DNA of 63,192 nt, the filler included, from Octopus bimaculoides (Eukaryota), in assembly GCF_001194135.2 (NCBI RefSeq). It is 10 parts of 7 records of this genome, joined end to end, with 100 filler letters (N's around TTAATTAATTAA, not from the genome) between each part and the next. Parts side by side here need not be neighbours in the genome. Positions count along the whole stretch, not along the records: positions 60,762 to 63,192 come from NC_068982.1; 9 more parts are not named here. The stretch is one strand, 5' to 3'. Shown in pieces: positions 62,220-63,192 of this stretch. The notes beneath the pieces were generated by a model that did not search any database, was not told the DNA's origin, and worked only from the letters and a program-made list of their open reading frames with translations. A program made the position numbers and the translations under genes. Every line of letters starts with the position of its first letter. Within the stretch, counting starts at the first letter, position 1.

Positions 62220-62925
62220 CTTGAATCCTCCCCTGATATGAAGCAGTTGTGAATGAAAGAGTTTGGTTTTGCTGCCCTTATCTTCATTTATTACCGCGAG
62301 GTAGGTTTATCCGCAACTCTTTCGAAGATTAGAATCCATTTTGTTTTGAAAACGCCTACATCCACCCCATTTAGTCTTGAAACTTTTCGTTTAATTTATA
62401 ATGCCAATGTTTGGTATGTGATCTTCTAGGTACGTGATTTTCCAGATGTATATGACTGCATATCTTTCTCGCCCTTATTCTAAGACTGGTGTATAGTCTG
62501 AACTTATTCATTCTCTCTCAGTAGCTGACATATCAGATTGAGACGATCTTTGTGTAGCTTTGCGGGATTGCTTCGAGTTCCGCCGTTAATTATATACTGT
62601 GTGGTGACAATGGTTGGAAGCAGTAGTCTAAACGGCTGAGGAGTAATGTCCTACAGGACAACCATCATAGTTTCCTTTTCATTCGATCTGACAGTTCTTA
62701 GGATCCATCCAGTCAACCGTCTGCCACATTATGGGCAACTCAATAATATGCAGTTGGAAAGATGCATAATTACTCATATCATTTCCCAGGTTCTGCACCG
62801 AATTTGGTTCAAGAATTGTAATCCCTACCTAGGCCAGTGTATCCTGCATGTTATTCGTCTCATCCATCCTGTACATTGGGTTCAGTTCCTGAATGTTTTA
62901 ATCTCCCTTGAAATATTTCTAACCA
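62220..62925 (-). mobile_element. CR1/L2-group LINE ORF2 C-terminal remnant
   Basis: Across frames: VQNLGNDMSNYASFQLHI, GWILRTVRSNEKETMMVV, SRLDYCFQPLSPH, AELEAI, SY*ERMNKFRLY, RYAVIYIWKI; cf. RLDYCSQLWSP..ELE..QR...SYWERL..L.LYSL..RRERY..IY.WKI. Confidence 0.8.
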
Positions 62926-62955
62926 GACACACAAATCCGCATACGCACATACTAA

Positions 62956-62992
<37 letters not shown>

Positions 62993-63192
62993 GCGCACAA
63001 ACACATGTATATATAATTATTTGGATTTTTGGCATACGATTAGTAGTTTACCGATTAAAGCACGTTCACGGTTTAAGCTACCTGAGGTCATCCGTCGTTT
63101 TGATATAATTGTCATTGGATCATCCTCGGGAATTACGCAGTATTCGTTGAGTTTCCAATGAGCTAAATGGAAAATGGAAGTGAGTACACAAG

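Overview
AT-rich, gap-ridden eukaryotic genomic DNA. The repeat families resemble those of a cephalopod (Octopus-like) genome, which is an inference from recalled repeat sequences and not a database hit. The window is mostly intronic/intergenic: microsatellites, two tRNA-derived SINE families, and decayed fragments of many non-LTR retrotransposon clades (L1/Tx1, RTE, R4/Dong-like and Hero-like RLE elements, CR1/L2-group, Penelope GIY-YIG). It also holds a mariner-type MITE pair and a probable Helitron end. Only one host coding exon is well supported: a minus-strand exon of a retinol-dehydrogenase-like SDR (3822-4026), whose splice acceptor abuts a SINE. Nearly all long ORFs in the supplied track are artifacts of microsatellites, N-gaps or a 31-bp minisatellite. 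The most unusual signal is a set of four minimal type I hammerhead-ribozyme-like motifs from at least three unrelated repeat contexts, each with core substitutions. Other notable structures are R4/Dong-like insertions sitting in (AAT)n tracts and an RTE 3' UTR made of tandem double-hairpin units. No prokaryotic-type system (CRISPR, operon) is present, and no wholly new system can be claimed from sequence alone.
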